Origin: an uncultured Ignavibacteria bacterium
Lineage (GTDB): Bacteria; Bacteroidota; Ignavibacteria; Kapaibacteriales; Kapaibacteriaceae
DNA: 64,000 nt
Assembly (NCBI GenBank): GCA_903939735.1
Contig: CAJAIA010000028.1
Location: 48,978-112,977, forward strand
Direction of reading: 5' to 3'
The translations under genes and the position numbers were made by a program. This document shows positions 9,574 to 20,694 of this stretch, in pieces. A model generated the notes under the pieces. That model had not been told where the DNA came from, did no database searches, and was given only the letters and a program-made list of their open reading frames with translations. Numbering within the stretch: the stretch's first letter is position 1; each line of letters starts with the position of its first letter.

Positions 9574-10725
9574 ATGGTTGTGCGGTGGCTGCTGGCGCTC
9601 TGCACGATAACCATCACAATAGGGATGCAACAACCGCCTACGTCGATCACCATGATTCGAGCGGCGGTTTCACCCGACAGCACCGTGCTTCGCATCCGAG
9701 CTGCTTCGACGCTTACCGGCTTTCAACGTCCGGAACGCGTACCAGGAGGATTTGTACTCCGACTACCTGGCGCTACACTCGAGAACGATGCAATCGACTC
9801 GTCTGCCTCGGCAGCTCCGCTGCGCGTGGATGCCAAGCGTATACGTGATATCCTCGTCCTCACGGTGCGTTGTGCTCCAACAGACTCAGTTGTGCTCCGG
9901 CGCGATGGTCAACGCGACCTGCTATGCGTGATCCAGCCGAAGAAGACCGAGAAGGCAGAAAAGATCGAAGAGCCAGAGGATGTCATACCGCGTCACCACA
10001 CAGGCAGTCGTGGAAAGTGGTCGCTCGACGTGATCGTTATTGATGCTGGCCACGGCGGCAAGGATGTTGGCGCAGAGGGTGTGAATGGTGCGTTCGAGAA
10101 GGACGTTACGCTCGCGATTGCGAAACTCGTTCGCGCACGGCTTGCAGAGATCATGCCATCGACGAAGGTGGTAATGACGCGCGACAACGATGTCTTTATC
10201 GAACTTTTCCGCCGCACTCAGATCGCGAATGATGCCGGCGGCAAGCTCTTTCTGAGCATTCACTGCAACAGCATGCCCACGAAGCCACATCCAGCGCATG
10301 GCTGCGAAACCTACATTCTACGTCCAGGTCGTAACGACGATGCCGCACGTGTTGCATCACGAGAGAACGCCTCAGTGAAGTTCGAGCAGTCCCAGCGCAG
10401 ATACGAGGGCATGACGGAAGATCAGATCATCGTTGCCACCATGGCTCAGCGCAGTTTTGTGCGATTGAGCGAGTCGTTTGCCGCGTCAATTCAACGCGAA
10501 GTCGTCGATGACACGCCATTAGAAGACCGCGGCGTGAGCCAAGCAGGCTTCTTTGTGCTCGTGGGCGCTGCGATGCCCAATGTGCTCATCGAGACAGGTT
10601 TTCTTTCAAACCGCAGCGACGCCGAGTATCTTGCTTCGCAAAAGGGGCAAGCAGCAATTGCTGGGTCGATCGCATCTGCCATTCGCTCCTACGCTGCTTC
10701 CTATCAACGATCCTTATCACACTGA
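9574..10725 (+). CDS. N-acetylmuramoyl-L-alanine amidase (Amidase_3, AmiC-like)
   Basis: IVIDAGHGGKD, EKDVTL, FLSIHCN, VLIETGFLSN; N-terminal signal. Start could be 9556 or 9574. Confidence 0.92.
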   Translation: MVVRWLLALCTITITIGMQQPPTSITMIRAAVSPDSTVLRIRAASTLTGFQRPERVPGGFVLRLPGATLENDAIDSSASAAPLRVDAKRIRDILVLTVRCAPTDSVVLRRDGQRDLLCVIQPKKTEKAEKIEEPEDVIPRHHTGSRGKWSLDVIVIDAGHGGKDVGAEGVNGAFEKDVTLAIAKLVRARLAEIMPSTKVVMTRDNDVFIELFRRTQIANDAGGKLFLSIHCNSMPTKPHPAHGCETYILRPGRNDDAARVASRENASVKFEQSQRRYEGMTEDQIIVATMAQRSFVRLSESFAASIQREVVDDTPLEDRGVSQAGFFVLVGAAMPNVLIETGFLSNRSDAEYLASQKGQAAIAGSIASAIRSYAASYQRSLSH

Positions 10726-10755
10726 CATACGTCAGCATACGTCACCGCTACCCCT

Positions 10756-12597
10756 GTGCGCCAACCGCATCACTATACCGTCCGTGAACTCGCTGGGAAA
10801 ATGCTTCCTTTCGTTCGTCCGTTTTGGAAACTCATTGTGTTTTCAACGCTCGCGAACCTTCTGTTCTCGGCCGCTAACGCCCTGACGCTCGCCATTGTGG
10901 AGCCCGTGTTTCGCACGCTGTTTGGCTCTGCCGGTCCAGCCTCTGTTGCATCCCCTGCAGCGGGAGTGACCTCTGGTTTGAAAGCGCAGTTCGACGAGAT
11001 CGTTGCCTCGCTTCTGATCGCGTCAGACTACTCGACATCGATTCGCAACATCAGCCTTGTGATCTTCACGCTCTTTCTTGTACGCGGACTGATGAAGTAC
11101 CTCGGAAACGTCATCTCCATCCGCCTCGAAGAAGGCATCATGAAGCGTATTCGCGATACGCTCTTCTTGCATGTCACGCGACACTCGATCGACTTCTTTA
11201 CGCGACGTAAGACTGGCGACATCATCTCGTTGCTGACAAACGACGTTGGCGTCCTGAACCACGCGACGATCAACTCCGTAACCACGCTCTGGCGTGAAGC
11301 TTCGACACTGATCATCTACATCGTGTTGTTGATGGTCATTAGCGCAAAGCTTACCGTCATCTCGGTTGGAGTTTCACTCATTGGCTTATTCCTTATCCGA
11401 TCGGTAACATCAGTACTCCGACGCTACGGTTCACGCATGCAAGCAGCCCAAGCCGACTATACGTCGACACTGCAGGAATCAGTACTTGGCATTCGTGTGA
11501 TCAAAGGTATGGGAGTTGAACCGAGCGTTGTCGAGCGCTTCATGCAGCAAACTGCATCGTACGTTCGGCGTGCCGTTCGCAATACACGAGTCATGAGTCT
11601 GATCCCTGTATTCAACGATACATTCGGGATCCTTGCGCTCGTGACAGTGTTTTACATCGGTGGTATGGAGCGTGCATCTGGCGCAATCACTCCGTCAAAT
11701 CTTGTGACATTCCTCTTCCTGCTCTTTGGACTGATGCAGCCGATCAGTGTAATCGTGAATACGATTGCACAGATGCAACGGGGCATCGCTGCGGGCGCTA
11801 ACGTTGCAGCTGTGCTCGATGAAGCACCATCAATCACGTCGGGAACAATCCTCGCTACAGATAAGCAGCCGTCACTGGCAATCGAGGGCGTATCGTTCTC
11901 GTATGGCGAGAATGAAGTCCTGCGCGATATCTCGCTTACGATTCAGCGCGGAGAGACCGTCGCGTTCGTGGGGGCATCAGGTAGTGGTAAATCGACGATG
12001 CTGGATCTGCTTCTGCGGTTCTACGATCCACAGTCTGGCACAATTCGCCTTGACAGCACAGACATCCGCGACCTCGACTTGGCGTCGTATCGCCACATCT
12101 TTGGCGTTGTTTCACAGGAGACAATGCTGTTCAACGATACGATTGCAAACAACATCAGCCTAGGTGATACACAGGCAGATGGCATTCGCGTTCGTGCCGC
12201 TGCTACGATTGCGCACGCTGATGGATTTATCTCGTCGATGCCAGATGGATACGACACCATGATTGGCGACCGCGGCATGCGCCTGAGCGGTGGTCAGCGT
12301 CAGCGGATTGCGATTGCCCGTGCATTGTATCGGGAACCTCGCATCCTATTGTTCGACGAAGCCACATCTGCGCTTGATACCGAGTCGGAGCGTTTAGTGC
12401 AAGAGGCTATCGACGACGTACTGAAGAATCGCACCGCAATCATTGTAGCGCACCGCCTGTCGACGATCGTTAATGCGCATCGAATCGTTGTGTTCGATCA
12501 GGGACGCATTGCGGAAATCGGCACGCATACTGAACTGCTTGCTGCCAATGGCGTCTATGCGAAGCTCCATGCGCTGCAGTTCAGCCCAACAGCTTAG
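10756..12597 (+). CDS. ABC transporter permease/ATPase, MsbA-like
   Basis: N-terminal TM domain; GASGSGKST, LSGGQRQR, LLFDEATSALD, IVAHRLST. Confidence 0.9.
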   Translation: MRQPHHYTVRELAGKMLPFVRPFWKLIVFSTLANLLFSAANALTLAIVEPVFRTLFGSAGPASVASPAAGVTSGLKAQFDEIVASLLIASDYSTSIRNISLVIFTLFLVRGLMKYLGNVISIRLEEGIMKRIRDTLFLHVTRHSIDFFTRRKTGDIISLLTNDVGVLNHATINSVTTLWREASTLIIYIVLLMVISAKLTVISVGVSLIGLFLIRSVTSVLRRYGSRMQAAQADYTSTLQESVLGIRVIKGMGVEPSVVERFMQQTASYVRRAVRNTRVMSLIPVFNDTFGILALVTVFYIGGMERASGAITPSNLVTFLFLLFGLMQPISVIVNTIAQMQRGIAAGANVAAVLDEAPSITSGTILATDKQPSLAIEGVSFSYGENEVLRDISLTIQRGETVAFVGASGSGKSTMLDLLLRFYDPQSGTIRLDSTDIRDLDLASYRHIFGVVSQETMLFNDTIANNISLGDTQADGIRVRAAATIAHADGFISSMPDGYDTMIGDRGMRLSGGQRQRIAIARALYREPRILLFDEATSALDTESERLVQEAIDDVLKNRTAIIVAHRLSTIVNAHRIVVFDQGRIAEIGTHTELLAANGVYAKLHALQFSPTA

Positions 12598-14231
12598 CGG
12601 ATCTTGAACAACGTGTAGTGATCTGATGTGAACGCCACATTGTGCGTTGTTTGCAGCGATTGCTCCACATCTGCCGTTACACGCTGATGTCCGCGCGGAT
12701 GATAGTACACAACCCAGGGCAACAGACGAGCGATAGCAAGCGTGGCTTTGTCGCTCTCATTCGCTGGAAGTGCAATCGCCATATGGGTAAGGCCAGGCCT
12801 GGTGCCCGACATCCATCCCTTTGTGTACCACTCAAGTTGTGCGTTCACGGCATCGGTCTCGGATGTGTTGTGAAACACGTAGGCGAAGGACCGATGAAAG
12901 AGCGTGTCGTCCAGCATCAGACGCGATACGCTACGTCCACCCATAATGCTCTGAGGTCCAGGACGCACAACGCGCACCAATGCAACAACCGACGCGAGTG
13001 CAACCGCTCCATATACGATAGGCTGATACAATCGTACCGTCATCGACTGACGAGCTGTACGCGAACGGAACTGCTGTAGTAGCAGGACAACGGCAACCAT
13101 ACTGATGGCAACTCCGAGCATGATTGTCTGCAGACTCATCGCTTCGCGCAGCAGATGCTCAATTGTGAACCACACGGCTGCAAGGACGACACACACGAAG
13201 GTTACCACTAGTGACGTAGCGCGTGTCTGACGACGAATATGCTCAAGAGCAATCATGGAGAGAATGCTAGCCGGAGGCACCAGAACAACCGCCTGCGCAA
13301 GGAAACGATCCTGCGATATCGCCATGCTCAGCATGCCAACCGCGAACAGCAGCCCAAGGATGGTCACCTCTGGATGCTCTGCCGACATCAACAGTGTGCG
13401 ATCGCGAAGCGCTGCAACTACCCAGATAAGTGCGACAACAAGGAGCGGACTTGATACGATGAGAAAATGGAGCGGACTCAACACGCCACCAGATGTAACC
13501 GCAAGAGTAGGCGTCGGCAAACTCAACGCGAACAACACCTGCTCGCCATATCTGGACGCCATAACGATCCACCATGGAAGTCCGGCAAGCAATCCCCCAC
13601 CTATACCTAACGCGACTGCCAAACGCTGAGAGGACGATCGGATAAACACAACGCATGCGATGCAGACCACAAGCGTTGCAATGGGCGCGCTCAGCACGCC
13701 CGCAGCTACAGCGATAGCCAGCACTCCAACACGGAGCACACGGCCAGCCGCTGAAACTGCATCACCAAGTGTAACGGACGACCAAATAATCGCTAGCGCA
13801 GCCATAACCAAGGGCACAAGAGCATCCGCTTGACGTCCAACGACGATGTACGGAATGCTTGTTCCTACAATCACCATAGCCATGACCGAACTTTCGAACG
13901 TAACGGCACGGCGCGCAAGCGCGTACGTAAGCAGCAGCGTCACCATCACACAAAGCACCGAGAACCAGCGCACCGCAAGCGGCGTCGGCCCCACAACGTC
14001 GATTCCAACGGCTACCATCCACGCAGGGAGGGGCGGCATCATCGCGGAGTACATTCCACCCGGTGCGATTGCAGCTTGATCAAGCCACTGCATCGTCTGT
14101 TGAATGCTCAAACCGCGCAGAGCATACAGACCTTCCGGGTATGGCTGAATCTCAACATTTGTCAGGCGCATCACAAACAAACCGCCAAGGACAAGCAGCG
14201 TGGCTAGAACTGTGTGATGGCGTGCGGTCAT
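12594..14231 (-). CDS. ArnT/PMT (GT39/GT83-like) integral membrane glycosyltransferase
   Basis: Multi-TM protein with N-terminal loop E.LYA....MMPPLPAW...AVRWFSVL typical of GT-C ArnT-like enzymes; ATG 14231 overlaps the upstream stop (ATGA). Confidence 0.7.
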   Translation of the reverse strand: MTARHHTVLATLLVLGGLFVMRLTNVEIQPYPEGLYALRGLSIQQTMQWLDQAAIAPGGMYSAMMPPLPAWMVAVGIDVVGPTPLAVRWFSVLCVMVTLLLTYALARRAVTFESSVMAMVIVGTSIPYIVVGRQADALVPLVMAALAIIWSSVTLGDAVSAAGRVLRVGVLAIAVAAGVLSAPIATLVVCIACVVFIRSSSQRLAVALGIGGGLLAGLPWWIVMASRYGEQVLFALSLPTPTLAVTSGGVLSPLHFLIVSSPLLVVALIWVVAALRDRTLLMSAEHPEVTILGLLFAVGMLSMAISQDRFLAQAVVLVPPASILSMIALEHIRRQTRATSLVVTFVCVVLAAVWFTIEHLLREAMSLQTIMLGVAISMVAVVLLLQQFRSRTARQSMTVRLYQPIVYGAVALASVVALVRVVRPGPQSIMGGRSVSRLMLDDTLFHRSFAYVFHNTSETDAVNAQLEWYTKGWMSGTRPGLTHMAIALPANESDKATLAIARLLPWVVYYHPRGHQRVTADVEQSLQTTHNVAFTSDHYTLFKIR

Positions 14232-15283
14232 GGTACGATGTAGATTGCTCGTGGAGAAAGACACAGCACCAGGATCACGATGGAGACCCATCCGACCACC
14301 GTGCGCCCCCTATCAAGTGGTTGAGGGTCTGTTAACTCTGGATGGTCGGTCTTTATGAAGACACGAACCATAATCAGCCAAAACACCCAGACTTCACCCA
14401 GCTCGAAGAGCAGCGGAGCTCGATTGATGGCTTCGGAAAGGAACGGATCGATGCGCATCTGAAGCCAAATCACCCACGCATCAGGTGATGGCTCGAGAAG
14501 GAGTTGATGGATGATATTCAACATCCACAAGATGGCGAAGACAAACAACGTCCACCACAGCAGTCGAGCCACACGCCATTGCCGACGACCAATGAGGGCA
14601 TACAACACATGTCCGCCGTCAAGCTGTCCGAAGGGGAGCATGTTCAGCGCTGTTACGAAGAGACCGAACCAGCCAGCACATAGGAATGGGTAGTGGTAGA
14701 TCTCGTTCATTGGTGGAAGCCACAGGCTCGAACCGATTGCCGCGCGACCGATCATGAAGAGAAGATTATCGCCAAATGTCATGCCCGATGTCGGCACCAC
14801 ACCCGTGCGTTGAAACTCCGGATGTATGGCGTAGAGCGACTCAACACCAGGCAGTGTGATTACGCCTACGACGAGGATCACCAGACACACGGCAAAGCCA
14901 GCCAATGGACCAGCCACACCGATATCGAAGAGAACCTTGCGCGAAGTGATGCGCGAACGCGTTTTGATGAGTGCACCAAATGTGCCGAATGGCATCAAGC
15001 TCGACGGCACAGGAATAAAGAACGGCAGCGTTGCGTCCACGCCGTGAATACGTGCGGCGATGTAATGTCCGAACTCGTGCGCTGAGAGAAACGTCATCAG
15101 CAGGATTGCATACGTAAGGCCAGCCGACCAGTGCTCAATCTGGAACGGATCGAGCATTGCCCATTGCGCACCTGCCATCATACAGGTAAGGAATGTTGCG
15201 GCAAAGAGCACAATGTGCAACACAATGCGCTGTTGAGGCCGAGGGGCAGTTTCGGTGACACCCTCGATGCGAGTATATCCCAC
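14228..15283 (-). CDS. Site-2 protease (M50 membrane metallopeptidase)
   Basis: HEFGH, IGVAGPLAG, LNMLPFGQLDGGH. Confidence 0.93.
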   Translation of the reverse strand: MGYTRIEGVTETAPRPQQRIVLHIVLFAATFLTCMMAGAQWAMLDPFQIEHWSAGLTYAILLMTFLSAHEFGHYIAARIHGVDATLPFFIPVPSSLMPFGTFGALIKTRSRITSRKVLFDIGVAGPLAGFAVCLVILVVGVITLPGVESLYAIHPEFQRTGVVPTSGMTFGDNLLFMIGRAAIGSSLWLPPMNEIYHYPFLCAGWFGLFVTALNMLPFGQLDGGHVLYALIGRRQWRVARLLWWTLFVFAILWMLNIIHQLLLEPSPDAWVIWLQMRIDPFLSEAINRAPLLFELGEVWVFWLIMVRVFIKTDHPELTDPQPLDRGRTVVGWVSIVILVLCLSPRAIYIVP

Positions 15284-15285
15284 CG

Positions 15286-16824
15286 TTACTCCTCAGTGAC
15301 GTGATCCGACGCTGGCGCTGTGCGCTCCGGGCGCATTTGCGGGAAGAACAGCACATCCCGAATTGAATCATTGTCGGTCAACAGCATCACCAGACGATCA
15401 ATGCCAACGCCGAGTCCAGCCGTTGGCGGCAAGCCAACTTCGATCGCATGCAGGAAGTCGTCATCAACGACCATTGCTTCATCGTCTCCTGCAGCTCGAA
15501 TCGTTGCCTGATCTTCAAGACGAGCACGCTGATCGAGTGGATCATTCAACTCGCTGAAGGCATTTGCGATTTCCTTGCCCATGACGAACAGTTCGAATCG
15601 TTCGACGAGGCCTTCCTCTGTGCGGTGCTTCTTTGCAAGGGGCGACATTTCAACGGGATAGTCCATCACGAAGGTCGGCTGCACCAAGTGTGGCTGCACA
15701 AGCACGCTGAAGATCTCATCAAGAATCTTCATTGCACTTGCTGCTGGATCGACATCCACCTCGAGCGAACGCGCCGCAGCGAGCAATCCTGCACGATCCA
15801 GGCCACGCAGATTCATTCCCGTGTGCTGATCAAACAAATCGTACATCGCAGCGCGTCGGAACGGCAATGCATACGACAGCTCCGTACCCTGATACGAGAC
15901 AACGTCGGAACTACATGTTTCGGTCACGATCGCATTGACAAGCTGCTCTGTCATCTCCATCATCCATTCGTAGTCCTTGTAGGCTACGTAGATCTCCATT
16001 GCGGTGTACTCCGGATTGTGGGTCTTATCCATACCCTCGTTCCGGAAATTCTTCGAGATCTCATACACACCTTCGAAGCCCCCTACAATCAGACGCTTCA
16101 GGTACAATTCATCTGCAATACGCAGATAGAGCTCAACATCGAGTGCGTTGTGATGCGTAACGAAGGGGCGCGCAGTTGCACCACCATAGATGGGCTGTAG
16201 GATGGGCGTTTCGACTTCGAGCCATCCGCGTTCATCGAAGAAGCGGCGCATAGTGGTGATGATCTTTGCACGCTTGACGAACGTCGCCTTGATATCTGGA
16301 TTCGCTATCAGGTCGAGATAGCGCTTGCGATAGCGTTGCTCCTTGTCGGCAATTGCATCGTATCGCGTGACAGTTCCATCCTCGGCTACTTCTTCCTTCC
16401 CAACCGGAATTGGTGTGACACTCTTGGTGAGCATCGTTACCGTACGAGCGTGCACACTGATCTCGCCCATTCGCGTCCGAAACACGAATCCTTCGATACC
16501 GAGGATGTCGCCGATATCATACAGACGCAGATGATCGTAGGCATCGCCGAGATCATCACGCTTGAGATAGATCTGGATGCGACCCGTCATGTCCTGAATG
16601 TGACAGAACGAGGCCTTCCCCATTTTCCGAATCGCCATGATCCGACCCGCAACGCGCACAGATGCGAGCGCATCTGGTTGTTCGTCGGAAAACGTCGCAA
16701 GAATCTCCGATGCGTGATGCGTCAGGTCGAACGATGGAGGGAATGGATTCACGCCAAGCGCGCGAAGCTCGTGGAGCTTCTCAATGCGCTGGAGTTCTTG
16801 GTCGTTGCGTTGCACGTGCGACAT
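15286..16824 (-). CDS. lysS: Lysine--tRNA ligase (class II)
   Basis: [42 protein letters not shown]. Confidence 0.98.
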   Translation of the reverse strand: MSHVQRNDQELQRIEKLHELRALGVNPFPPSFDLTHHASEILATFSDEQPDALASVRVAGRIMAIRKMGKASFCHIQDMTGRIQIYLKRDDLGDAYDHLRLYDIGDILGIEGFVFRTRMGEISVHARTVTMLTKSVTPIPVGKEEVAEDGTVTRYDAIADKEQRYRKRYLDLIANPDIKATFVKRAKIITTMRRFFDERGWLEVETPILQPIYGGATARPFVTHHNALDVELYLRIADELYLKRLIVGGFEGVYEISKNFRNEGMDKTHNPEYTAMEIYVAYKDYEWMMEMTEQLVNAIVTETCSSDVVSYQGTELSYALPFRRAAMYDLFDQHTGMNLRGLDRAGLLAAARSLEVDVDPAASAMKILDEIFSVLVQPHLVQPTFVMDYPVEMSPLAKKHRTEEGLVERFELFVMGKEIANAFSELNDPLDQRARLEDQATIRAAGDDEAMVVDDDFLHAIEVGLPPTAGLGVGIDRLVMLLTDNDSIRDVLFFPQMRPERTAPASDHVTEE

Positions 16825-16857
16825 ACGATCGGATCAACAATTGGGTAAAAACAGGCA

Positions 16858-16865
16858 CAAAGATA
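16858..16865 (-). promoter_or_regulatory. -7 promoter element TATCTTTG (lysS)
   Basis: TAnnTTTG match 33 nt upstream of lysS. Confidence 0.6.
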
Positions 16866-16932
16866 GCCACCCCAGCGCCATAGCATGCTGGCTGTGTTTG
16901 AGATTACGAGTTTTCCTGCATCTTCGTCCACG

Positions 16933-18165
16933 ATGGATCAACACACCCCAGCAGATGAACGGCCTGAGAGTCTCCGCGACCTGATCATTCGACGTGCGCT
17001 CGAAGCGTTCGTCCATGGAGGGTATTCGCGGACATCAACAGACACGATCTCTCGAATGCTGGGGATCTCGAAGAAAACGCTCTACAAGGTCTTTCCATCG
17101 AAAGAAGACATTCTTCGCAGCGTTGTTCGCCTCGCTACGCGTTCAATCGAAGAGCGCACAGAAGCGGTGTACAACGATCACACGCGATCAGTTGCCGATC
17201 GTCTAGCGGCACTGGTAGTGCAGATCTCACCGATCTATGCACGCATTCGATCACCGCAGTTGTTGCTCGATTTTCAGCGAGCTGCGCCGTCTGTGTGGAA
17301 CGAGCTGCGCGAATGGCGCATCGGACGCTACGTAGCACTGCGCGGCTTGATCGCGGAGGGAGTTCAGCGTGGTGAGATCCGAGACGACATTGCGATTGAC
17401 GACGTCATCAACGTCTACGCTGTTTTAGTCGACAAGTGCATGGACTACGCGACACTCGAAGAGTCGTCGATTTCATCACTGCAGCTCTATCGTGGCTTAA
17501 TGGAGCTTCTCCTGCACGGCCTGTTCGAAGGCGATCAATCTCTACCGTTGCCAACGGAACCAGCTCCTCTCGATCGCACCACGACACTCCAACATGCGCT
17601 CGACAGATTCAATCAATTCGGATACACAAAGACAAGTGCCGACGACATTGCGCGGACGTGTGGAATCTCGAAACGCACACTCTATGAGCAATACGCAAAG
17701 AAGTCTCACATCGCTACGACGATTCTCTTGGATACTGCGCGAGATATCGATCGTCGATGCGACGTGCTGGCGTTTGACACAGCAGCGACGTATCACGCCA
17801 ACGTGCACGTGCTGATCACGACCTATGCTTGCCTTCTGGGCAACCTTTCACCAACGTTCCTAGATGATCTCGAGATTGCTCTTCCACGCCAGCATGCTGC
17901 GTTTATGTCGTGGCGACGAGGGTCGTTCGAGTACCACCTTTCGAGGGCAATCACAGCTGGAAAAATGTTGGGTCTGATCGCAGAGGCGCGAGAGACTCCA
18001 GTGCTCATCGCACTTGTGCGCATCACACTTGAGAACATCCTGCTCATCAACTCTACGACAACGACGCCGGACACCGCACGAAGCGATCCGTCATTTGTCA
18101 TGACGATGCTGTACGACGGGATTTTGCAGCAAAGAGAACAATCCCAGCCGCGACCGACGCGTTAA
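16933..18165 (+). CDS. Tandem (double) TetR/AcrR-family regulator
   Basis: Two HTH motifs: GYSRTSTDTISRMLGISKKTLYKVFPSKE and GYTKTSADDIARTCGISKRTLYEQYAKK. Start could be 16885 or 16933. Confidence 0.85.
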   Translation: MDQHTPADERPESLRDLIIRRALEAFVHGGYSRTSTDTISRMLGISKKTLYKVFPSKEDILRSVVRLATRSIEERTEAVYNDHTRSVADRLAALVVQISPIYARIRSPQLLLDFQRAAPSVWNELREWRIGRYVALRGLIAEGVQRGEIRDDIAIDDVINVYAVLVDKCMDYATLEESSISSLQLYRGLMELLLHGLFEGDQSLPLPTEPAPLDRTTTLQHALDRFNQFGYTKTSADDIARTCGISKRTLYEQYAKKSHIATTILLDTARDIDRRCDVLAFDTAATYHANVHVLITTYACLLGNLSPTFLDDLEIALPRQHAAFMSWRRGSFEYHLSRAITAGKMLGLIAEARETPVLIALVRITLENILLINSTTTTPDTARSDPSFVMTMLYDGILQQREQSQPRPTR

Positions 18166-18877
18166 GCGACTGTACATGACCGGCCATTGGGATTTCAACA
18201 AGGACGTCGCAGACAGCCTGGACGCTCGGATGCAGGCCTTCGCCTTCGTTTCCGATGACAATCACCAACGGGCCTCCATACACATCATCTGTGTAGAGCG
18301 CCGACGCTGGGACGGCAGTTCCAACGATTCGCCAACCCTGGGATTTACAGACCTTCAGTGCCTCCGAGACTCGCGGCACCTTTGCAATCGGAAGATGCTC
18401 GAGCGCTCCTGCCGATGCTTTCACAGCAACGGGAGTAACGGGCGCGCTATACTTCGTGGGCAGAATCAAGCCGGCGGCTCCGACGCCTTCGGCACTACGC
18501 GCAATCGCACCGAGATTATGCGGATCGGTAATGCCATCAAGTACAACCAGAATTGGCTCGGCACAACTGGCCTTGGCCTGTGCAAGCAGCACTTCCAATG
18601 ACAGCGCTTCGCGCACTGGTCTGATTGCAATTACACCCTGCGCATCGTTAATCGCACATCCGAGCTGACGCTCAAGGATGTTGAACTTGCGGCGGTCCAT
18701 GGTACTGCACTGAACACCAAGACTACGCGCTGCAACACGCAACTGCGACAACGCGCTGCTCTCTTCAACTGTGTAGGCAACGAATATCTTTTCGAGCGGC
18801 GTTCCGCTCTCGAGCGCTTCGGCTACTGCACGACGACCAACAACATACCGTTCTGGTTCGATCTCCGAAATGCTCAC
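18098..18877 (-). CDS. rlmB: 23S rRNA (Gm2251) 2'-O-methyltransferase RlmB (SpoU)
   Basis: LDGITDPHNLGAIARSA, KASAGA, IGNEGEG, SLNASVAAG. Confidence 0.95.
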   Translation of the reverse strand: MSISEIEPERYVVGRRAVAEALESGTPLEKIFVAYTVEESSALSQLRVAARSLGVQCSTMDRRKFNILERQLGCAINDAQGVIAIRPVREALSLEVLLAQAKASCAEPILVVLDGITDPHNLGAIARSAEGVGAAGLILPTKYSAPVTPVAVKASAGALEHLPIAKVPRVSEALKVCKSQGWRIVGTAVPASALYTDDVYGGPLVIVIGNEGEGLHPSVQAVCDVLVEIPMAGHVQSLNASVAAGIVLFAAKSRRTASS

Positions 18878-20166
18878 GAAAACTCCTGAAGAATAGCATT
18901 AAGTGCTTCACCCACCCGAACAACGTCGGCAAACCGCACATAGAGTGGCGCGGGTGAAATTCGTATAACGTCTGGTGTACGCCAATCGACAATGATACCA
19001 CGAGCGATAAGGGCCTCGAACACCGCTCGCCCATCATGCTCAAACTGTACGCTTAGCTGCGCACCCCGTTGCGATGGGTCTGCCGGCGTAATGACCTTTG
19101 CCCATGGGTGTGCCTCAAACACATCCATGAGGATCTCATGCAGTAGCCCGGTTAGGGCGTTACGCTTATCGCACAGCGCAGGAAACCCTGCCGCGTCGAA
19201 CAGTTCAAGCGATGCGCGCAGACCCACCATGTTCATGACAGGAGCATTTGACAGCTGCCATCCATCAACGCCGTAGGACGGCGTAAAGTCATGCTGCATC
19301 AGGAATCGGGTAGACTCTTCATTCCCCCACCATCCCGCAAAGCGCGGTAGGTCAGGCCGCTCGGCATACTTCTCGTGCACAAACATCCCCCCAACGGCAC
19401 CCGGACCCGAATTGAGGTATTTGTAGGAGCACCACACAGCAAAGTCGATACCCCAGTCGTGCAGCTTAAGCTCAACATTCCCAATTGCGTGCGCGAGATC
19501 GAGTCCGATATGAGCACCTACAGACGTTGCGCATGATGCAATGGTCTGCATCTCGAAGCGCTGTCCAGTGTAGAAATGCACACCGCTCAGCATCACGAGC
19601 GCAACCGAATCACCGTGTTCGGCAATGGCTGCACAGATCTGTTCAGTTGTGAGCGTCGACTGACCAGGAAGCGGCTGAACCTCGATCAGTGTGTCGGCAG
19701 GTTCAAAACCATGAACCCGGATCTGGCTCTCCACAGCGTATCGGTCGGACGGAAACTCATGTCCTGCAATGATGATCTTCGAGCGAACCGACGTTGGACG
19801 GTAAAACGAGACCATTGCCAGGTGAAGATTCACCGTAAGGGAGTTCATCGCAACAACTTCATGGGGCTTGGCGCCAACGAGGCGTGCTAGCGGCTCAGCG
19901 AACCACCGATGGTACGAATACCACGGATTACGAGCCTTGAAATGTCCGTCGACGGCGAGTCCACGCCAATCCTTCAGTTCCTGCTCGAAATACTCCTGCG
20001 TGCGTGCTGGTTGCAACCCAAGCGAGTTCCCGCACATATACACCACATCAGCGCCGTCGTGTTGCGGTAACGAAAACTGCTGTCGGAAGGTTGATAGCGT
20101 GTCAGCCGCATCAAGCTCAGTCGCGCGCTGATTCCATCGAGCTGAATTAGGGTGTTGCGTCTTCAT
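18874..20166 (-). CDS. kynU: Kynureninase
   Basis: YMCGNSLGLQP, MNSLTVNLH, FPSDRY, DLAHAIGN, WCSYKYLNSGPG, RGAQLS. Confidence 0.95.
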   Translation of the reverse strand: MKTQHPNSARWNQRATELDAADTLSTFRQQFSLPQHDGADVVYMCGNSLGLQPARTQEYFEQELKDWRGLAVDGHFKARNPWYSYHRWFAEPLARLVGAKPHEVVAMNSLTVNLHLAMVSFYRPTSVRSKIIIAGHEFPSDRYAVESQIRVHGFEPADTLIEVQPLPGQSTLTTEQICAAIAEHGDSVALVMLSGVHFYTGQRFEMQTIASCATSVGAHIGLDLAHAIGNVELKLHDWGIDFAVWCSYKYLNSGPGAVGGMFVHEKYAERPDLPRFAGWWGNEESTRFLMQHDFTPSYGVDGWQLSNAPVMNMVGLRASLELFDAAGFPALCDKRNALTGLLHEILMDVFEAHPWAKVITPADPSQRGAQLSVQFEHDGRAVFEALIARGIIVDWRTPDVIRISPAPLYVRFADVVRVGEALNAILQEFS

Positions 20167-20205
20167 CGTGCTAATTTGCGCTTTCTTTTTACAACGGAGG
20201 TCGTC

Positions 20206-20676
20206 ATGCAGCGAACATCAGGATGGATCATCGTCATTGGAATGGCGTGGAGCCTCGTCCTCAGTAGCTGCAGTGTATTCAACTACATGGATCGGAAACG
20301 TACCATGTCGATGCCATGCACAGGCGACACTACCGCGTGGATGAATGCCGTAGCCGGAATCTTTGATCAGAATGGCTACTCGGTAGTTGAGCGTGATCCA
20401 GCTGAGCGTGTGATTGTGGCGCAAGACTCGATCAACCAGGTTGAGTATCGCTACACGCTCCTCGTGCGCACATGGCGCGTCCAGCATACCGGCGACTCTG
20501 TCCACGTCGACGTCTTCTCTGTATCGACTCGCATGGACGGAAGCGACGTCACACAGACTTGGGACAAACGTTGGTCTGGCGAGCAGGTTAAGTCATGGAT
20601 GCGGCCAATCCTCACGTCCCTCGAAACGACATGCGGCGTTGGAAGTCCGCTCATGCCGGGCGGCGGAGGCAAGTAA
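20206..20676 (+). CDS. Hypothetical lipoprotein
   Basis: SD GGAGG, hydrophobic N-terminus and lipobox LSS-C. Confidence 0.65.
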   Translation: MQRTSGWIIVIGMAWSLVLSSCSVFNYMDRKRTMSMPCTGDTTAWMNAVAGIFDQNGYSVVERDPAERVIVAQDSINQVEYRYTLLVRTWRVQHTGDSVHVDVFSVSTRMDGSDVTQTWDKRWSGEQVKSWMRPILTSLETTCGVGSPLMPGGGGK

Positions 20677-20694
20677 CGTCAACGCGGGCGTATG

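Noticed and set aside
15448..16200. 250-aa + strand ORF (also 61719-62495, 28627-29376, 44530-45264, 57964-58701)
   Set aside because: Antisense shadows of well-supported genes; no recognisable motifs.
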